Of a stretch of DNA of 64,000 nt, positions 9,890 through 20,092 are shown in pieces (the first letter of the stretch is position 1; the number at the start of each line of letters is the position of its first letter). Both the position numbers and the translations under genes were made by a program. The notes below the pieces were generated by a model, which was given only the letters and a program-made list of their open reading frames with translations, was not told the DNA's origin and did no database searches. The DNA comes from Candidatus Aenigmatarchaeota archaeon (GTDB taxonomy: Archaea; Aenigmatarchaeota; Aenigmatarchaeia; CG10238-14; SpSt-28), in assembly GCA_025057985.1 (NCBI GenBank), contig JANXEV010000001.1:11131-75130 (forward strand), in the 5' to 3' direction.

Positions 9890-10174
9890 TTAAATTTCGA
9901 GGTGTTTTTTCCTCACACTTTTACCTGGTTGAGCTATCCCCCTAAATCTTGCGCAACTTGGGCAAACATAATGTTTTCTTTCAAAAGTGTGGAGATATTT
10001 AGGATCTATTTGTTTTTTTAAAGTTGGGTCGTTTATCGAAAATTTCCTCTTTATAGTAAAAGATTTATATCGAGGTAATCTTCTTCCACAGAAAACACAT
10101 TCTACAACCGCTTCGCTTCCCCTAGCATGAGTGTGTTCATACTTTCTTTTGTATGGAGCTGTACTAATCGGCAT
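9890..10174 (-). CDS. ribosomal protein S26e (eS26)
   Basis: Zn-binding pattern C-x2-C ... C-x2-C (ECVFCGRR ... YVCPSCARF) and a basic 94-aa protein resemble eS26. Confidence 0.6.
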   Translation of the reverse strand: MPISTAPYKRKYEHTHARGSEAVVECVFCGRRLPRYKSFTIKRKFSINDPTLKKQIDPKYLHTFERKHYVCPSCARFRGIAQPGKSVRKKHLEI

Positions 10175-10222
10175 TAATTTGTATATCTTTCAAACTTTAA
10201 AAAGCAAACTTTTACTGAAAAT

Positions 10223-11257
10223 ATGGGAGTTCAAATAAGTTCGATAATACAAAAGAAAGAAATAAACCTTGAAGATTTGTCTGGAAAAAAAATAGCCATA
10301 GACGCTTATAACGCTCTTTTTCAATTTTTAAGCATAATAAGGGATAAAGACACAGGCGATCCACTAAAAGATAGTAAAGGAAGAATAACTTCACATTTAT
10401 CGGGTCTTTTTTATAGAACGGTTAACTTCTTAGAGATCGGCATCAAACCGGTCTATGTTTTCGACGGAGAAGCTCCGGTTTTTAAAAAGATTACCCAAGA
10501 AAAAAGAGAGGAACAAAGAAGAATCGCTGAAGAAAAAATGAAGATAGCGTTGGAATTGGGAAAAATAGAAGACGTGTTGAAGTACGCACAAGCCACAGCT
10601 AGGTTGTCTAAAGAAATAGTCGAAGATTCAAAAAAATTGATTAAGTTAATGGGAATACCTTATGTAGAGGCACCAAGTGAAGGTGAGATGCAAGCCGCAT
10701 ACTTAGCGAAGAAGGGTGATGTATGGGCTTGTGCATCACAAGACTATGATTCTTTATTGGCCGGCTCTCCAAGGTTAATAAGAAATCTGAACCTTACTGG
10801 AAAAAGAAAGCTTCCTGGTAGAGAAGTTTACGTCGAAATAAAACCAGAACTGATAGAGTTAGAAGAAGTTTTAAAAAGTTTAGGATTAACAAGAGAACAA
10901 TTGATAATCGTAGGGATTTTAGTCGGAACTGATTATAATCCCGATGGAATAGAGGGGATAGGACCAAAAAAAGCCTTAAAGTTAGTCAAAGAAAAGAAAA
11001 CTCTAGAAAATGTCATGAAAGAAATTGAATGGAAATTTGAAGTCGGAGCTGAAGAAATCTACAATTTCTTTCTAAACCCACCGGTCACTGATAATTACAC
11101 TCTTGAATGGAAGCAACCAAACGAAGAAGAACTTATAAAATTTATGGTAGAAGAACATAACTTTTCCGAGGAGAGAATCAGAAACGGTATAGAAAAAATA
11201 AAACAATCGATTCAAAAACATCAACAAAAAGATTTAAGCAAATGGTTTAAATCTTAA
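10223..11257 (+). CDS. fen: flap endonuclease FEN-1
   Basis: The N-terminal XPG-N region ([16 protein letters not shown]), internal XPG-I with acidic cluster, an H3TH region and a C-terminal PIP-like tail (LSKWFK) are present. It is 344 aa. Confidence 0.9.
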   Translation: MGVQISSIIQKKEINLEDLSGKKIAIDAYNALFQFLSIIRDKDTGDPLKDSKGRITSHLSGLFYRTVNFLEIGIKPVYVFDGEAPVFKKITQEKREEQRRIAEEKMKIALELGKIEDVLKYAQATARLSKEIVEDSKKLIKLMGIPYVEAPSEGEMQAAYLAKKGDVWACASQDYDSLLAGSPRLIRNLNLTGKRKLPGREVYVEIKPELIELEEVLKSLGLTREQLIIVGILVGTDYNPDGIEGIGPKKALKLVKEKKTLENVMKEIEWKFEVGAEEIYNFFLNPPVTDNYTLEWKQPNEEELIKFMVEEHNFSEERIRNGIEKIKQSIQKHQQKDLSKWFKS

Positions 11258-11439
11258 AACCTTCTTCTTCTTTGTAGATCGTGGGTTTGCCAAGCATATT
11301 TTTTTATTTTGCTTGTCCTTCCGTACCCACAGGCAGAACAATATTTTTTATCTTTCCTATAAGAAGTTCTACCACATCTTCTACATCTTATATGTAAAAC
11401 ATGATGCTTCTTTCCCATTGATGGTGTTCCTTTCACCAT
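11254..11439 (-). CDS. ribosomal protein L37e (eL37)
   Basis: [39 protein letters not shown] matches the L37e consensus (TKGT.SFGKR...H.LCRRCG....H.QK..C..CGY). The start is placed at the internal Met (the ORF-track start is 4 codons upstream). Confidence 0.8.
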   Translation of the reverse strand: MVKGTPSMGKKHHVLHIRCRRCGRTSYRKDKKYCSACGYGRTSKIKKYAWQTHDLQRRRRF

Positions 11440-11487
11440 TTTGTTTTTCACCGCTTTTACTCTATCTAATTAAATGTCTTTATATTT

Positions 11488-13839
11488 TTAAATCTCTATC
11501 ACTCTAGTAAATTCGTCCACTTCTTTATTTCTCTCAAGCTTATATATCTTACCAGTTACCGCGTTCTCCAATTTTTCATCGTGTGTGATTATAAAAACCT
11601 GATCCAAAAATTCAGAAACACTCTCTCTTAAAACCTTAGCCAATTCTTCCACGGAGTTTGAATCTAAGTTGTGTGTGGGCTCATCCAAAACTAGAATTTT
11701 GAGTTTTGGTGAAAGAGTTAGAGAAAAAGCTATTCTCAACGCTAGTGCAGCCAAACTTCTCTCTCCACCAGAAGCTATTCCCTCTACACTAACCCATTTC
11801 CCGGATCTTTCTTGCAATTGTAAGCTGTAGTCTCCTTCTTCTATCTTCAAAGCCAAGGTAGCAAAATCTTTATAAGGATAAAGATTAGACCAAATAAGAC
11901 TCATGTAAGAGTTTACAGCCTGCACGAATTCTTCTCTCAACTTCTCTTGAGTTATCTTAAGAGCTTCTTTGAAAACTTTCAGATCTATCACGATTCTCCT
12001 TAGATTTTCTATCTCTTGCTTAATTTTTTCAAAAAGCTCTATTTGTTTTCTAACCTCCTCCAAACTTTTGCTAAGCCTTGCTTTTAGTTCTTCCTTACCT
12101 CTTATCTCCATAGCAAGCTCTCTTTCTCTAGAAACCAATTTCATGAGCTCTTGAGATAACTGTTCTAAAGGAACAAAAGATATTTTTTCTTCTAAGTCTT
12201 TTATTTGTTGTTTAATTTTCTCATGCCTATTTTTCAATTCTCCTAACTTAGAAACCTTCTCCTCATATTCATTAATTCTACTCAAAGCCAACTCTAACTC
12301 GTTTTTCTTTATCAAACTATCTTTCAAAATTTTTTCTTTTTCTTCCAAATCTTTCCTGTATTCTTCGATTTCCTTTTCCAAGCTAATCAAATTATCACTT
12401 TCTATGATTTGTTGATTTTTATAAAACTCTAGATCCTTTTCCAAAGACTCTTTCTTACTCAATTTAATCCTAAGCTGCTCTATTTTTTTTAAATCCTCTT
12501 TAATTTTTCTTATCCTATTTTCTTCTTCTCCTACTTTAATTTTATAATTCTCTATCTCTTTTTTAGTGTCTTCTATCTCCTCCCTCTTCTTTTCTATAAG
12601 AGTTTTTTTCTTTTCTTCACTCAACTTTGAATCACAAACAGGACATTTACTTTCAGCGCTCATCAACTTATTTATACTCTCTTCTAAGCTTTCTATATTA
12701 CCGGCTAAGCTAGAAATTTTGGATTTCAACTCCAAAAGATTTTTTTCACTTTCTTCCAAAACCTTTTGGTTACTAATCTTTTCCATCTCACTCAATTTAC
12801 TCTCTATTTCTTTGATCTCCAACAACTCTTTTTCTATCTCTTCGATTTTTTTCTTGGAAAAACTAATGGACGATGAAATTTCGGACTTCCTGTTAATTTT
12901 TTTATCTAATGAAATTTTCAAATCAGAAACGTATTTTTCCAAATCCTTAATTTCTTTTTTAGTTTTTTCCAACTCCTTCAATATGGAAAATCTATCCAAA
13001 CCTTTACAAACCGAAGTTAAAATTTCAACATCAGCCGAAATTTGAGAAATTAAAGAAGAAATAGAAGCTTCTTCTCTTCTCAATCCTTCTAAACTCTCTT
13101 TGATTTTCTTATTTCTTTCATACTCCTCCTCTAGTAGAACTCTTTTTGTACTAATTTCAGCTAAAGTACTTTTCACAGGAATTAGCCAACTCTCTATTTC
13201 TTTGATCTCTTTCTCTATATTATTTTTCTCAGAGTTCAGCCTTTCTATATTCAAAGTCCCTAAAAATTTTTCTTTTTCTAAAATTCTTTCCTCCAACCTT
13301 CCGATCAAAGTAGTACAAGAACTTCTAGCCTTTTCAAAGTTTTCTATCATCAGAATTTCATCTATTTTTTTCTTTCTTTCAGAAGGAGATAAATTCAAAA
13401 AGTAGTCTAATGAATTTTGTTTGGAGTAAATTATTTTCGAGAACAAATCAAAACTTGTTTTAAGTTTTTCTTCGATTATCTCATTTACTCTTTGAGAACT
13501 TTGAATCTCTATCAACTTTCCGTCTTCTCTTAATTCTGCGGTAGAACCTCTTCCAGCTTTTATTACCCTTTTCACTGTATAAACTTTTCCTTCACACTCG
13601 AACTCGATCAAAACTTCTGCCTCATTTCTTTGATAAGGTTTTCTCATTATTACATCGTCTAACTTTATTTTCTTAGACTGTAAATCAGGTGTTGTTCCGT
13701 ACAAACCGAAGCATATCGCTTCAAAAATACTACTCTTACCACTACCGTTTATACCAAGAATTATATTCACACCTTTTGGAAATTCGAATACCGAATCTAA
13801 ATGACTTTTCCAATTTTTCAACACAACTCTCCTTATCAT
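11488..13839 (-). CDS. rad50: Rad50 double-strand-break repair ATPase
   Basis: N-terminal Walker A GINGSGKSS, long K/E-rich coiled coil, zinc hook CPVC near the middle, and C-terminal signature and D-loop (LSGGERSLAALALRIAF ... LDEPT) are present. Confidence 0.85.
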   Translation of the reverse strand: MIRRVVLKNWKSHLDSVFEFPKGVNIILGINGSGKSSIFEAICFGLYGTTPDLQSKKIKLDDVIMRKPYQRNEAEVLIEFECEGKVYTVKRVIKAGRGSTAELREDGKLIEIQSSQRVNEIIEEKLKTSFDLFSKIIYSKQNSLDYFLNLSPSERKKKIDEILMIENFEKARSSCTTLIGRLEERILEKEKFLGTLNIERLNSEKNNIEKEIKEIESWLIPVKSTLAEISTKRVLLEEEYERNKKIKESLEGLRREEASISSLISQISADVEILTSVCKGLDRFSILKELEKTKKEIKDLEKYVSDLKISLDKKINRKSEISSSISFSKKKIEEIEKELLEIKEIESKLSEMEKISNQKVLEESEKNLLELKSKISSLAGNIESLEESINKLMSAESKCPVCDSKLSEEKKKTLIEKKREEIEDTKKEIENYKIKVGEEENRIRKIKEDLKKIEQLRIKLSKKESLEKDLEFYKNQQIIESDNLISLEKEIEEYRKDLEEKEKILKDSLIKKNELELALSRINEYEEKVSKLGELKNRHEKIKQQIKDLEEKISFVPLEQLSQELMKLVSRERELAMEIRGKEELKARLSKSLEEVRKQIELFEKIKQEIENLRRIVIDLKVFKEALKITQEKLREEFVQAVNSYMSLIWSNLYPYKDFATLALKIEEGDYSLQLQERSGKWVSVEGIASGGERSLAALALRIAFSLTLSPKLKILVLDEPTHNLDSNSVEELAKVLRESVSEFLDQVFIITHDEKLENAVTGKIYKLERNKEVDEFTRVIEI

Positions 13840-15047
13840 TTCATCATCCTCAACGTAGATTGTTCTCCGGTAAGTATTTTCAAAGCGAGATCTATTTCCT
13901 CTTCTTTAAGTAAGTTAAATACATCAAAAAAATCGAAACTTCCTTTAAAACCAAGTTCATCCAGAGTTTTCTTCAAAAGATTTACACCCAATTCGTCCAA
14001 ACTCAACTTCTGATCCCTAACATTCCTTATAAATTCTATTTTCGATGCTAACTCGCTCGACTCTAAACTTCTAGCAAACATAAGAATTGCTAAATCCCAA
14101 TATTTTTTTTCTATCTCTCTCAATTCCTTCTCTGATATTTCTCCATTTATTCTAAATTTTATTATCGGTTGCAGATTATTGAAAATTATCTCTCTGACTC
14201 TTCTTTCCAAAATCTCCCTACCATTTAAACCTTTAAGTTCTAAGACCTCGTAAAAAAACTTCCTTTGGGATATAGGAACGAATTCCACCTTTTTAGAAGA
14301 AGTATCTATTTTTACAAACCCTTTTTGTATCTCTGCCTCAGAAGGTTGAAACTGAGTTATGACCGTGCTGCCGGGGAAAACCAAAAGAGAGTTTCCAATC
14401 TTTTCAACAGTATGTACATGAATATGCCCGTCTACTATAATATCGAAATTTGAAGGTAGGTTAGAAACGTTTATAGATGGTTCATCGAGGGGAGAATAAA
14501 CAAATGGATGGATGTTTTGATGAAGAAGAAGAATGTTGAAAGAATTTTGTTTTGGTATAGGGCTCCACTTATACAACACGTCTTTTGCCAATCTTTCCGC
14601 CACATGAGACATTCCGTGAATAGTAACAAATTCTCCGTTTTTTTCAAAAGTTATATAGTGTTTGTCTAAATGGACCAAAAATCCTGCATTTTCTAAAGCC
14701 TCTATGGCGTTTATCTCACCTTTAACTCTTACTTCATGATTTCCATGAATAGCTATGACAGGGAGATGTGAGATGGTTTTGATAGAATTTTCTTTTAATT
14801 TTTTATTAGTCTCAACCAACCTAACTCCTCTGTCACTCTCTAAACTAACCTTTGATAAAACTTTCAAAGCGTAAGCCCAAGCCTTTGTTTTGGGTGCTCT
14901 AGAATCAAACAAATCTCCACACAAAATTATCAAATCGCTGTCTAAAGCCTTGTTAAAAGCTTCTTCGAAATTTTTGTAACTATCTTCCTCTAATCTAATT
15001 TCCGGTGAAAAGCCAAGATGACAATCTGAAATTACAGATATTATCAT
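13836..15047 (-). CDS. mre11: Mre11 nuclease (calcineurin-like phosphoesterase)
   Basis: Phosphoesterase motifs DCHLG, GDLFD, GNHE and GHIH are present. It overlaps rad50 by 4 nt. Confidence 0.85.
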   Translation of the reverse strand: MIISVISDCHLGFSPEIRLEEDSYKNFEEAFNKALDSDLIILCGDLFDSRAPKTKAWAYALKVLSKVSLESDRGVRLVETNKKLKENSIKTISHLPVIAIHGNHEVRVKGEINAIEALENAGFLVHLDKHYITFEKNGEFVTIHGMSHVAERLAKDVLYKWSPIPKQNSFNILLLHQNIHPFVYSPLDEPSINVSNLPSNFDIIVDGHIHVHTVEKIGNSLLVFPGSTVITQFQPSEAEIQKGFVKIDTSSKKVEFVPISQRKFFYEVLELKGLNGREILERRVREIIFNNLQPIIKFRINGEISEKELREIEKKYWDLAILMFARSLESSELASKIEFIRNVRDQKLSLDELGVNLLKKTLDELGFKGSFDFFDVFNLLKEEEIDLALKILTGEQSTLRMMK

Positions 15048-15050
15048 AAT

Positions 15051-16007
15051 CTAGATTTTGCTTTCTCCTTTATATCTTCCCTTCTCCATTATAACCCTGT
15101 CAATTCTTACGGCTACACCTCTTTTAGCAGTCACCATTTTTTCGCTTTTCATTTTTGCTATGCCTATCGCTATTAATTCATTCTTCAAACTCATTATCGC
15201 TACCAACTCTCCCTCTTTTATACCTTCTTGAACCCTTGTTATTCCAACCGGAAATAGAGGCGATCCGTTACATAAACTTTCTATCGCTGAGTTTTTTACG
15301 AATATTTTTTTTACGTGTGGGATAGCAAATTCTATTGGTATGAGGATTTTTTTAAGAACATCTTGATCTCCTTTTTTCCAAAACTCATATGCGTCTCTAA
15401 TCTCGACTAAAGAGTGTGTTTGGTCTTCAGTAAACTCTCCTACTTTTATTCTCCTTAACTCTAACATGTGTGCGCCTATCCCGCTAGCTTTACCTATATC
15501 GTCGCAGAGTTTTCTTATGTAAGTTCCGGCCTCGACTCTTGTATGAAAAAGTACTTCTCTTCCTTCTACTTCTAAAATTTCGAAAAACACGACTTCTCTT
15601 TCCCTCGGCCTTCTAGCAACAGCCGATTTCTTTGGCGGAACTTGAACTATTTTTCCTACAAACTTTTCTGCTATCAACTTTTTTAAAAATTCTACATCAA
15701 AATCCTTGTGCATGTACATTATACCAACATACTCTTTGTAGAGTTTTTGAAAAAGAATTGCCGACTTGACTCCATTATTAATTAAAACCGGTAACACACC
15801 AGTAACATTTGGATCTAAAGTTCCTATATGTGCGACCTTTTTCGCATTGAAAATTTCTTTTACCCAAAGACTAACCTGATGACTAGTGGGACCAGAATGT
15901 TTATCTACCAAAATCATACAGTTTTCTAAAACTTCTTCTACACTTCTTTCCTCAGGTCTCTTACCAAAATCTTCATCTATTTCTTCTTCACTTCTTACTA
16001 ACCACAT
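15051..16007 (-). CDS. cbf5: tRNA/rRNA pseudouridine synthase Cbf5 (TruB family, H/ACA RNP catalytic subunit) with PUA domain
   Basis: A TruB catalytic Asp motif (HIGTLDPNVTGVL) and a C-terminal PUA domain are present. It is 318 aa. Confidence 0.85.
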   Translation of the reverse strand: MWLVRSEEEIDEDFGKRPEERSVEEVLENCMILVDKHSGPTSHQVSLWVKEIFNAKKVAHIGTLDPNVTGVLPVLINNGVKSAILFQKLYKEYVGIMYMHKDFDVEFLKKLIAEKFVGKIVQVPPKKSAVARRPREREVVFFEILEVEGREVLFHTRVEAGTYIRKLCDDIGKASGIGAHMLELRRIKVGEFTEDQTHSLVEIRDAYEFWKKGDQDVLKKILIPIEFAIPHVKKIFVKNSAIESLCNGSPLFPVGITRVQEGIKEGELVAIMSLKNELIAIGIAKMKSEKMVTAKRGVAVRIDRVIMEKGRYKGESKI

Positions 16008-16040
16008 TAAAATAATTAAGATTTTTTAGAAAAATCTTTA

Positions 16041-16190
16041 CTAAATCTTTTCCTTCATCTCTTTTATTTCTCTCATAAACCTAGCTATAGTCTTCGGTAA
16101 ATCTTCTTCACTCACCCTCAAAATCCTAGCTGCATCTCTCAAAATTTTTTCCTTCTTTTTTAACTTCAACCATTCTTCTTTAGATATCAT
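16041..16190 (-). CDS. 49-codon mini-ORF, a tandem duplicate of the AlaRS C-terminal helix, start overlapping the alaS stop (ATGA)
   Basis: It translates as MISKEEWLKLKKKEKILRDAARILRVSEEDLPKTIARFMREIKEMKEKI. The last 35 residues align with the AlaRS C-terminus (KIIRECCDLLNVSEEELPSAVERLFKEWKKLRKEVKK). Confidence 0.3.
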   Translation of the reverse strand: MISKEEWLKLKKKEKILRDAARILRVSEEDLPKTIARFMREIKEMKEKI

Positions 16191-18493
16191 TTTTTAACCT
16201 CCTTCCTGAGTTTTTTCCATTCTTTGAACAACCTCTCAACCGCACTTGGCAACTCTTCTTCACTAACATTCAAAAGATCACAACATTCTCTTATTATTTT
16301 TTCTTTATTCTTCAAATATTCATAGGCTACCTCGCCACTGCAAAATTCCAACCTCACCACACCATCAGAAATTCTTTTCGTTTTAAGAATAGTTATATAT
16401 CCGACGTCTTTCGTAGAAGTTAACATATGATGAGTTCCGCTACAAGCCTCCACGTCTTCGTCTCCAATAGAAACTATCCTTACAAAACTTTCTGGAATAG
16501 CCCCTCCTTGATAAATTCTGAATCCGAATTTTTTCTCAGCTTCGCTCCTTTTTAAAACTTCAATCTTTATCGGCAAATTTCTTTCCACGATATCATTAGC
16601 ATACTCTTCTATTTTTTCAATCTCCTCTTCACTCAAGCTTTCAAAATGTGTTATGTCTAACCTTGCTTTGTCTTCTCTAACTTCACTTCCTTCTTGCCAA
16701 ACCCAACCACCGATTTTTTTCCTAGCAGCAGCATTTATTATATGAGTAGCGACATGATGTCTCGATAAAACCATCCTTCTATTTAAATCTACTCTACATC
16801 TTACTGTATCTCCTTCTTTAAGTTTACGGTCTTCAAGAACATGAATCACAGTTTTACCTATTTTAATAACATCAACAACCTTACACTCTCCTATATAACC
16901 TTTATCACAATCTTGCCCACCTTGTCTTGGGAAAAACGCAGTTCTATCAAGTATAACTTTATTTCCTTCAACCTTCAAAACCTTAGCGTCGAATTCGAAA
17001 ATATTTTGATAATAAAGAGGTTGTGTGGTAAATTCGTAAGATTTAGCTTCTCCAATCTTTTCTTTTTTAGGAGCATGTCTTTTGTTTAAAATTTCATAAA
17101 ATTCTTTCGTGGGCTCTCTTCCCAATTCCTCAGGAGAAATTCCGTGGGTTTCGTAAATTTTTACCAAATCTTCAATAGAAAGATTTTTGTCCTTATATAT
17201 CTCGACTATCTTTGAGTTTTTCTTTTTAGAATCGAAAAACTTTTTCTTCTCAGCTTCTATTACTACGAATATCTCGTTTTTATGTTCATCTAATTCGGGA
17301 AACATTGGTTTAAGAAATTCCGTATGCCACAAAGAAACCTCAGCCAGCTCTATACTCGGAAAATACTTCTCTATAAAGTTTAAACTTCTCCTTAAAATAA
17401 CTCTTAAAAAGTAACCAGCGCCCGTGTTACTAGGAAGTCCGCCGTCCGAAATTGCAAAAGCTAAAGCCCTCGTATGATCGAGAACCGCATACATAGCTTG
17501 AATTTTTTCTATTTTTTCGACAAAATCCTTTTCATCTATTTTCAAACTTTTAACAACTTCGTTTCTAGCTTTCTTAAAATCGGATAAGTCTTCGACATTT
17601 AAACTTCCAGAAATTACTGTATATTTTTTCCAAATATCCCTATCAATAGTTAAACCACTCTTTCTAACAAACTTTTCTACCACATCTCCAAAAACCGCTT
17701 CGTAGGCAGTTAGAGTAGATTGAGAAAACCAAGCTAATCTTTCCAAACCCCAGCCCACGTCCACAACTTTCATCGGCAACTCTTTCAACCCGTTCTGCCA
17801 TGTGAAGTACATAAAACCAGAATTACTAAGTTCCAAACCGAGAGAGAAACTTTCTAAATAAGGACCTAGAGCTGAAAAATCTGGCATCGTCCATAAATCT
17901 TCTACGTAAACGATCTCTTCTTTAGGTATTTTTAATTCTTCCGTCAAAAACCTAAAATTCAATTCGATCGTTCTATCTTTCCAATATCCTTCTGAAGGCC
18001 AGTTGAACGAATGTTGACCTGGCATCACGAAAGCCGTAAAGTGCCTTCCTGTTACTCCGACGTTTAATATATCATTAAATCTAAGACAAGTTTGTGGGAC
18101 TATAAGTGGATTTGCAGGATATTCAAAAACCATAACTCCGTTATCAAATCTTTGAAAATCAACAATAGAAGCAATATTGTAGTAAATATCTTCTCTCCAT
18201 CTCGCCAAAACTGGATACCTAGGAATGGACGTATGACCATTCCTCACGAAAAAATCTTCCATTTTTTTCCAAACTTCAACGTAACTCATTTTTTTCGCTA
18301 TAGGATTTTCTATAAAACCATAACTCTCTCCGCACTCTGGATCTGGGCAATGGTTTCTTTCTTTGATACTCCAAAAACCTTTTCCACAGGAAGGACAAAC
18401 CTTTCTCCTAAAACCTTCTCTCGAAAACAATTCCACTCTCCAATATTTTTCTGGCTCTTTCTGAAAAATTTTCAAAATCTCTTTTTTTTCCAT
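16187..18493 (-). CDS. alaS: alanyl-tRNA synthetase (catalytic, tRNA-recognition and editing domains; no C-Ala/DHHA1 domain)
   Basis: The archaeal AlaRS N-terminal catalytic core and the editing-domain zinc motif H-x3-H ... CSGTHH are present. At 768 aa it is shorter than typical archaeal AlaRS, which is about 900 aa. Confidence 0.9.
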   Translation of the reverse strand: MEKKEILKIFQKEPEKYWRVELFSREGFRRKVCPSCGKGFWSIKERNHCPDPECGESYGFIENPIAKKMSYVEVWKKMEDFFVRNGHTSIPRYPVLARWREDIYYNIASIVDFQRFDNGVMVFEYPANPLIVPQTCLRFNDILNVGVTGRHFTAFVMPGQHSFNWPSEGYWKDRTIELNFRFLTEELKIPKEEIVYVEDLWTMPDFSALGPYLESFSLGLELSNSGFMYFTWQNGLKELPMKVVDVGWGLERLAWFSQSTLTAYEAVFGDVVEKFVRKSGLTIDRDIWKKYTVISGSLNVEDLSDFKKARNEVVKSLKIDEKDFVEKIEKIQAMYAVLDHTRALAFAISDGGLPSNTGAGYFLRVILRRSLNFIEKYFPSIELAEVSLWHTEFLKPMFPELDEHKNEIFVVIEAEKKKFFDSKKKNSKIVEIYKDKNLSIEDLVKIYETHGISPEELGREPTKEFYEILNKRHAPKKEKIGEAKSYEFTTQPLYYQNIFEFDAKVLKVEGNKVILDRTAFFPRQGGQDCDKGYIGECKVVDVIKIGKTVIHVLEDRKLKEGDTVRCRVDLNRRMVLSRHHVATHIINAAARKKIGGWVWQEGSEVREDKARLDITHFESLSEEEIEKIEEYANDIVERNLPIKIEVLKRSEAEKKFGFRIYQGGAIPESFVRIVSIGDEDVEACSGTHHMLTSTKDVGYITILKTKRISDGVVRLEFCSGEVAYEYLKNKEKIIRECCDLLNVSEEELPSAVERLFKEWKKLRKEVKK

Positions 18494-18718
18494 TTTATAA
18501 TTGTTGTAAACTAATTAATTATTTTTTTAGGTTAGTTCTACTAAAAATCTTATCTTCGTAACAAAAATCAATCATTAAATATTTTTCCTATCTCTTCTGA
18601 AAAAACTCACTAAATACTAAAACTTAAATACTTTTCGCTACATATAAACAATATGACTAAAAACTTTTTAGCCATAAATGATTTTGATGGAACGAAACAT
18701 GTGAAGAACTTCTGAGAA

Positions 18719-18723
18719 GGAGG
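18719..18723 (+). promoter_or_regulatory. Shine-Dalgarno GGAGG 7 nt upstream of the ATG at 18731
   Basis: aaGGAGGgatcaatATG. Most other genes in the window lack an obvious SD and look leaderless. Confidence 0.4.
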
Positions 18724-18730
18724 GATCAAT

Positions 18731-20092
18731 ATGAAAATTAATGTCTGTCAACTTGGCTTCGGACAACAAGGAAAGAGAAACGTGGAAAAATTTGGATTAT
18801 TAAAAAAAGAGGGTTATGATATTCGTCTATTTGGAGTTGTTGATATAAACCCAGATCAATTTAAAAAAACCGTAGATGGTAAAAACTACTTAAAAGATCT
18901 ATTCCCGGAGGCTAAGGAATATGTAGGACGTGCATCGGAGTTTATCAAAAAATACAACGATGGTAACATTCTTCCTTTTGACGCCACAAGTACGGTTTTT
19001 AAAGGAAAGGATATTCACGTAGAGAATATGCTTGCATACTTAGAAACTCTACCTGAAAACTATATAAAAGTTTATGCCGTTGAAAAGCCCTTCACCACAT
19101 CGCTAGAATATACCTCAGAAATAATAAAAAGATTTAAAGAGCTTGAGATATGTCCTATAATTAATGCAGTCGAATCTTACATGCCTGTAAAAATCGCTAC
19201 GATCGAAGACATAGCGAAAAACGGATTCGACATCAGTGAATGTAGATATTATAGACTTTCTGCAGTACACGAAAAATCTGTACAAACAGGTAGATTAATA
19301 CTTATAGATTATGGTGGTTCTTTCTATGATAAATCTCCGCATGACATAACAAAATTCTTACAAACTTATAACACCCGATATGGCAATCTTCCAAAACCAA
19401 AAATACTCGAAGCCGACTTCGATATTCTAAAAATAATAACTCCAGGTAGGAAGGAAGTATTTGTAACTAAGGATGGTAGACTTACGTTTGACGAATCCGC
19501 CAAAAACCTAAGCGATGCTTACGCTAAAGTTAAATTAAAATTCGGGGATACTGTCGTGACTTTCTATTCTTCACATGTTGGTATAAAACCTCACGACCTA
19601 GAAATGATAGAAAGCGTATTCACACCAGAGGTTAAAAAAAGTGTAGCTGAAGCTTTCACTAGAATGGGTGTACCAAGAAGTCCTGAAGATGTTAAAGGTG
19701 CTTACGGTATCAATGGATGGAACATAGAGTGTAGGGTAGAAGTGATAGATTGTATAGGGAAAAATGGTGAAGAGGTTAGATACATAACACAAACATTTGG
19801 CAGACCTACTCCCTCGTTCTTTACTGTACGTATAATAGATAATAAAGACGTAGAAGTTTTACAAATTGGACCATCCGATGGACATAAATTATTTGTTAAA
19901 AACGCAATAGATGTAGCTCTAGGAAAAGCTAAACCCTTAATTCCATATGACGTAATTCTAAGAGAGGCTGAAATATTTGATATAATCGATAAAAATGCGA
20001 AGCGCATCGGTTATCAAGAAATTGACTTAAGAAGACCAGAGTACAGTAAATTAGCTGAATTTATTGGGAGTAGACTACGAGAAGTCGCCTAG
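18731..20092 (+). CDS. Gfo/Idh/MocA-like NAD(P)-dependent oxidoreductase (extended, 453 aa); possible sugar-nucleotide dehydrogenase
   Basis: An N-terminal Rossmann signature G-x-G-x2-G (GFGQQGKRNV), a second strand ending in D (VVDINPDQ) and a family-typical EKP motif (YAVEKPFTTSLEY) are present. The C-terminal half has no recognised family. Confidence 0.4.
   Translation: MKINVCQLGFGQQGKRNVEKFGLLKKEGYDIRLFGVVDINPDQFKKTVDGKNYLKDLFPEAKEYVGRASEFIKKYNDGNILPFDATSTVFKGKDIHVENMLAYLETLPENYIKVYAVEKPFTTSLEYTSEIIKRFKELEICPIINAVESYMPVKIATIEDIAKNGFDISECRYYRLSAVHEKSVQTGRLILIDYGGSFYDKSPHDITKFLQTYNTRYGNLPKPKILEADFDILKIITPGRKEVFVTKDGRLTFDESAKNLSDAYAKVKLKFGDTVVTFYSSHVGIKPHDLEMIESVFTPEVKKSVAEAFTRMGVPRSPEDVKGAYGINGWNIECRVEVIDCIGKNGEEVRYITQTFGRPTPSFFTVRIIDNKDVEVLQIGPSDGHKLFVKNAIDVALGKAKPLIPYDVILREAEIFDIIDKNAKRIGYQEIDLRRPEYSKLAEFIGSRLREVA

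Noticed and set aside
10212-10394. 60-aa minus-strand ORF
   Set aside because: It is entirely antisense to the well-supported FEN-1 gene.
11969-13405. Several long ORFs on the plus strand (for example 12566..13045 and 13100..13405) and repetitive K/E/L-coding DNA that looks superficially array-like
   Set aside because: These are shadow ORFs and coding low-complexity from the Rad50 coiled coil on the minus strand. There are no constant-length direct repeats with unique spacers, so this is not CRISPR.
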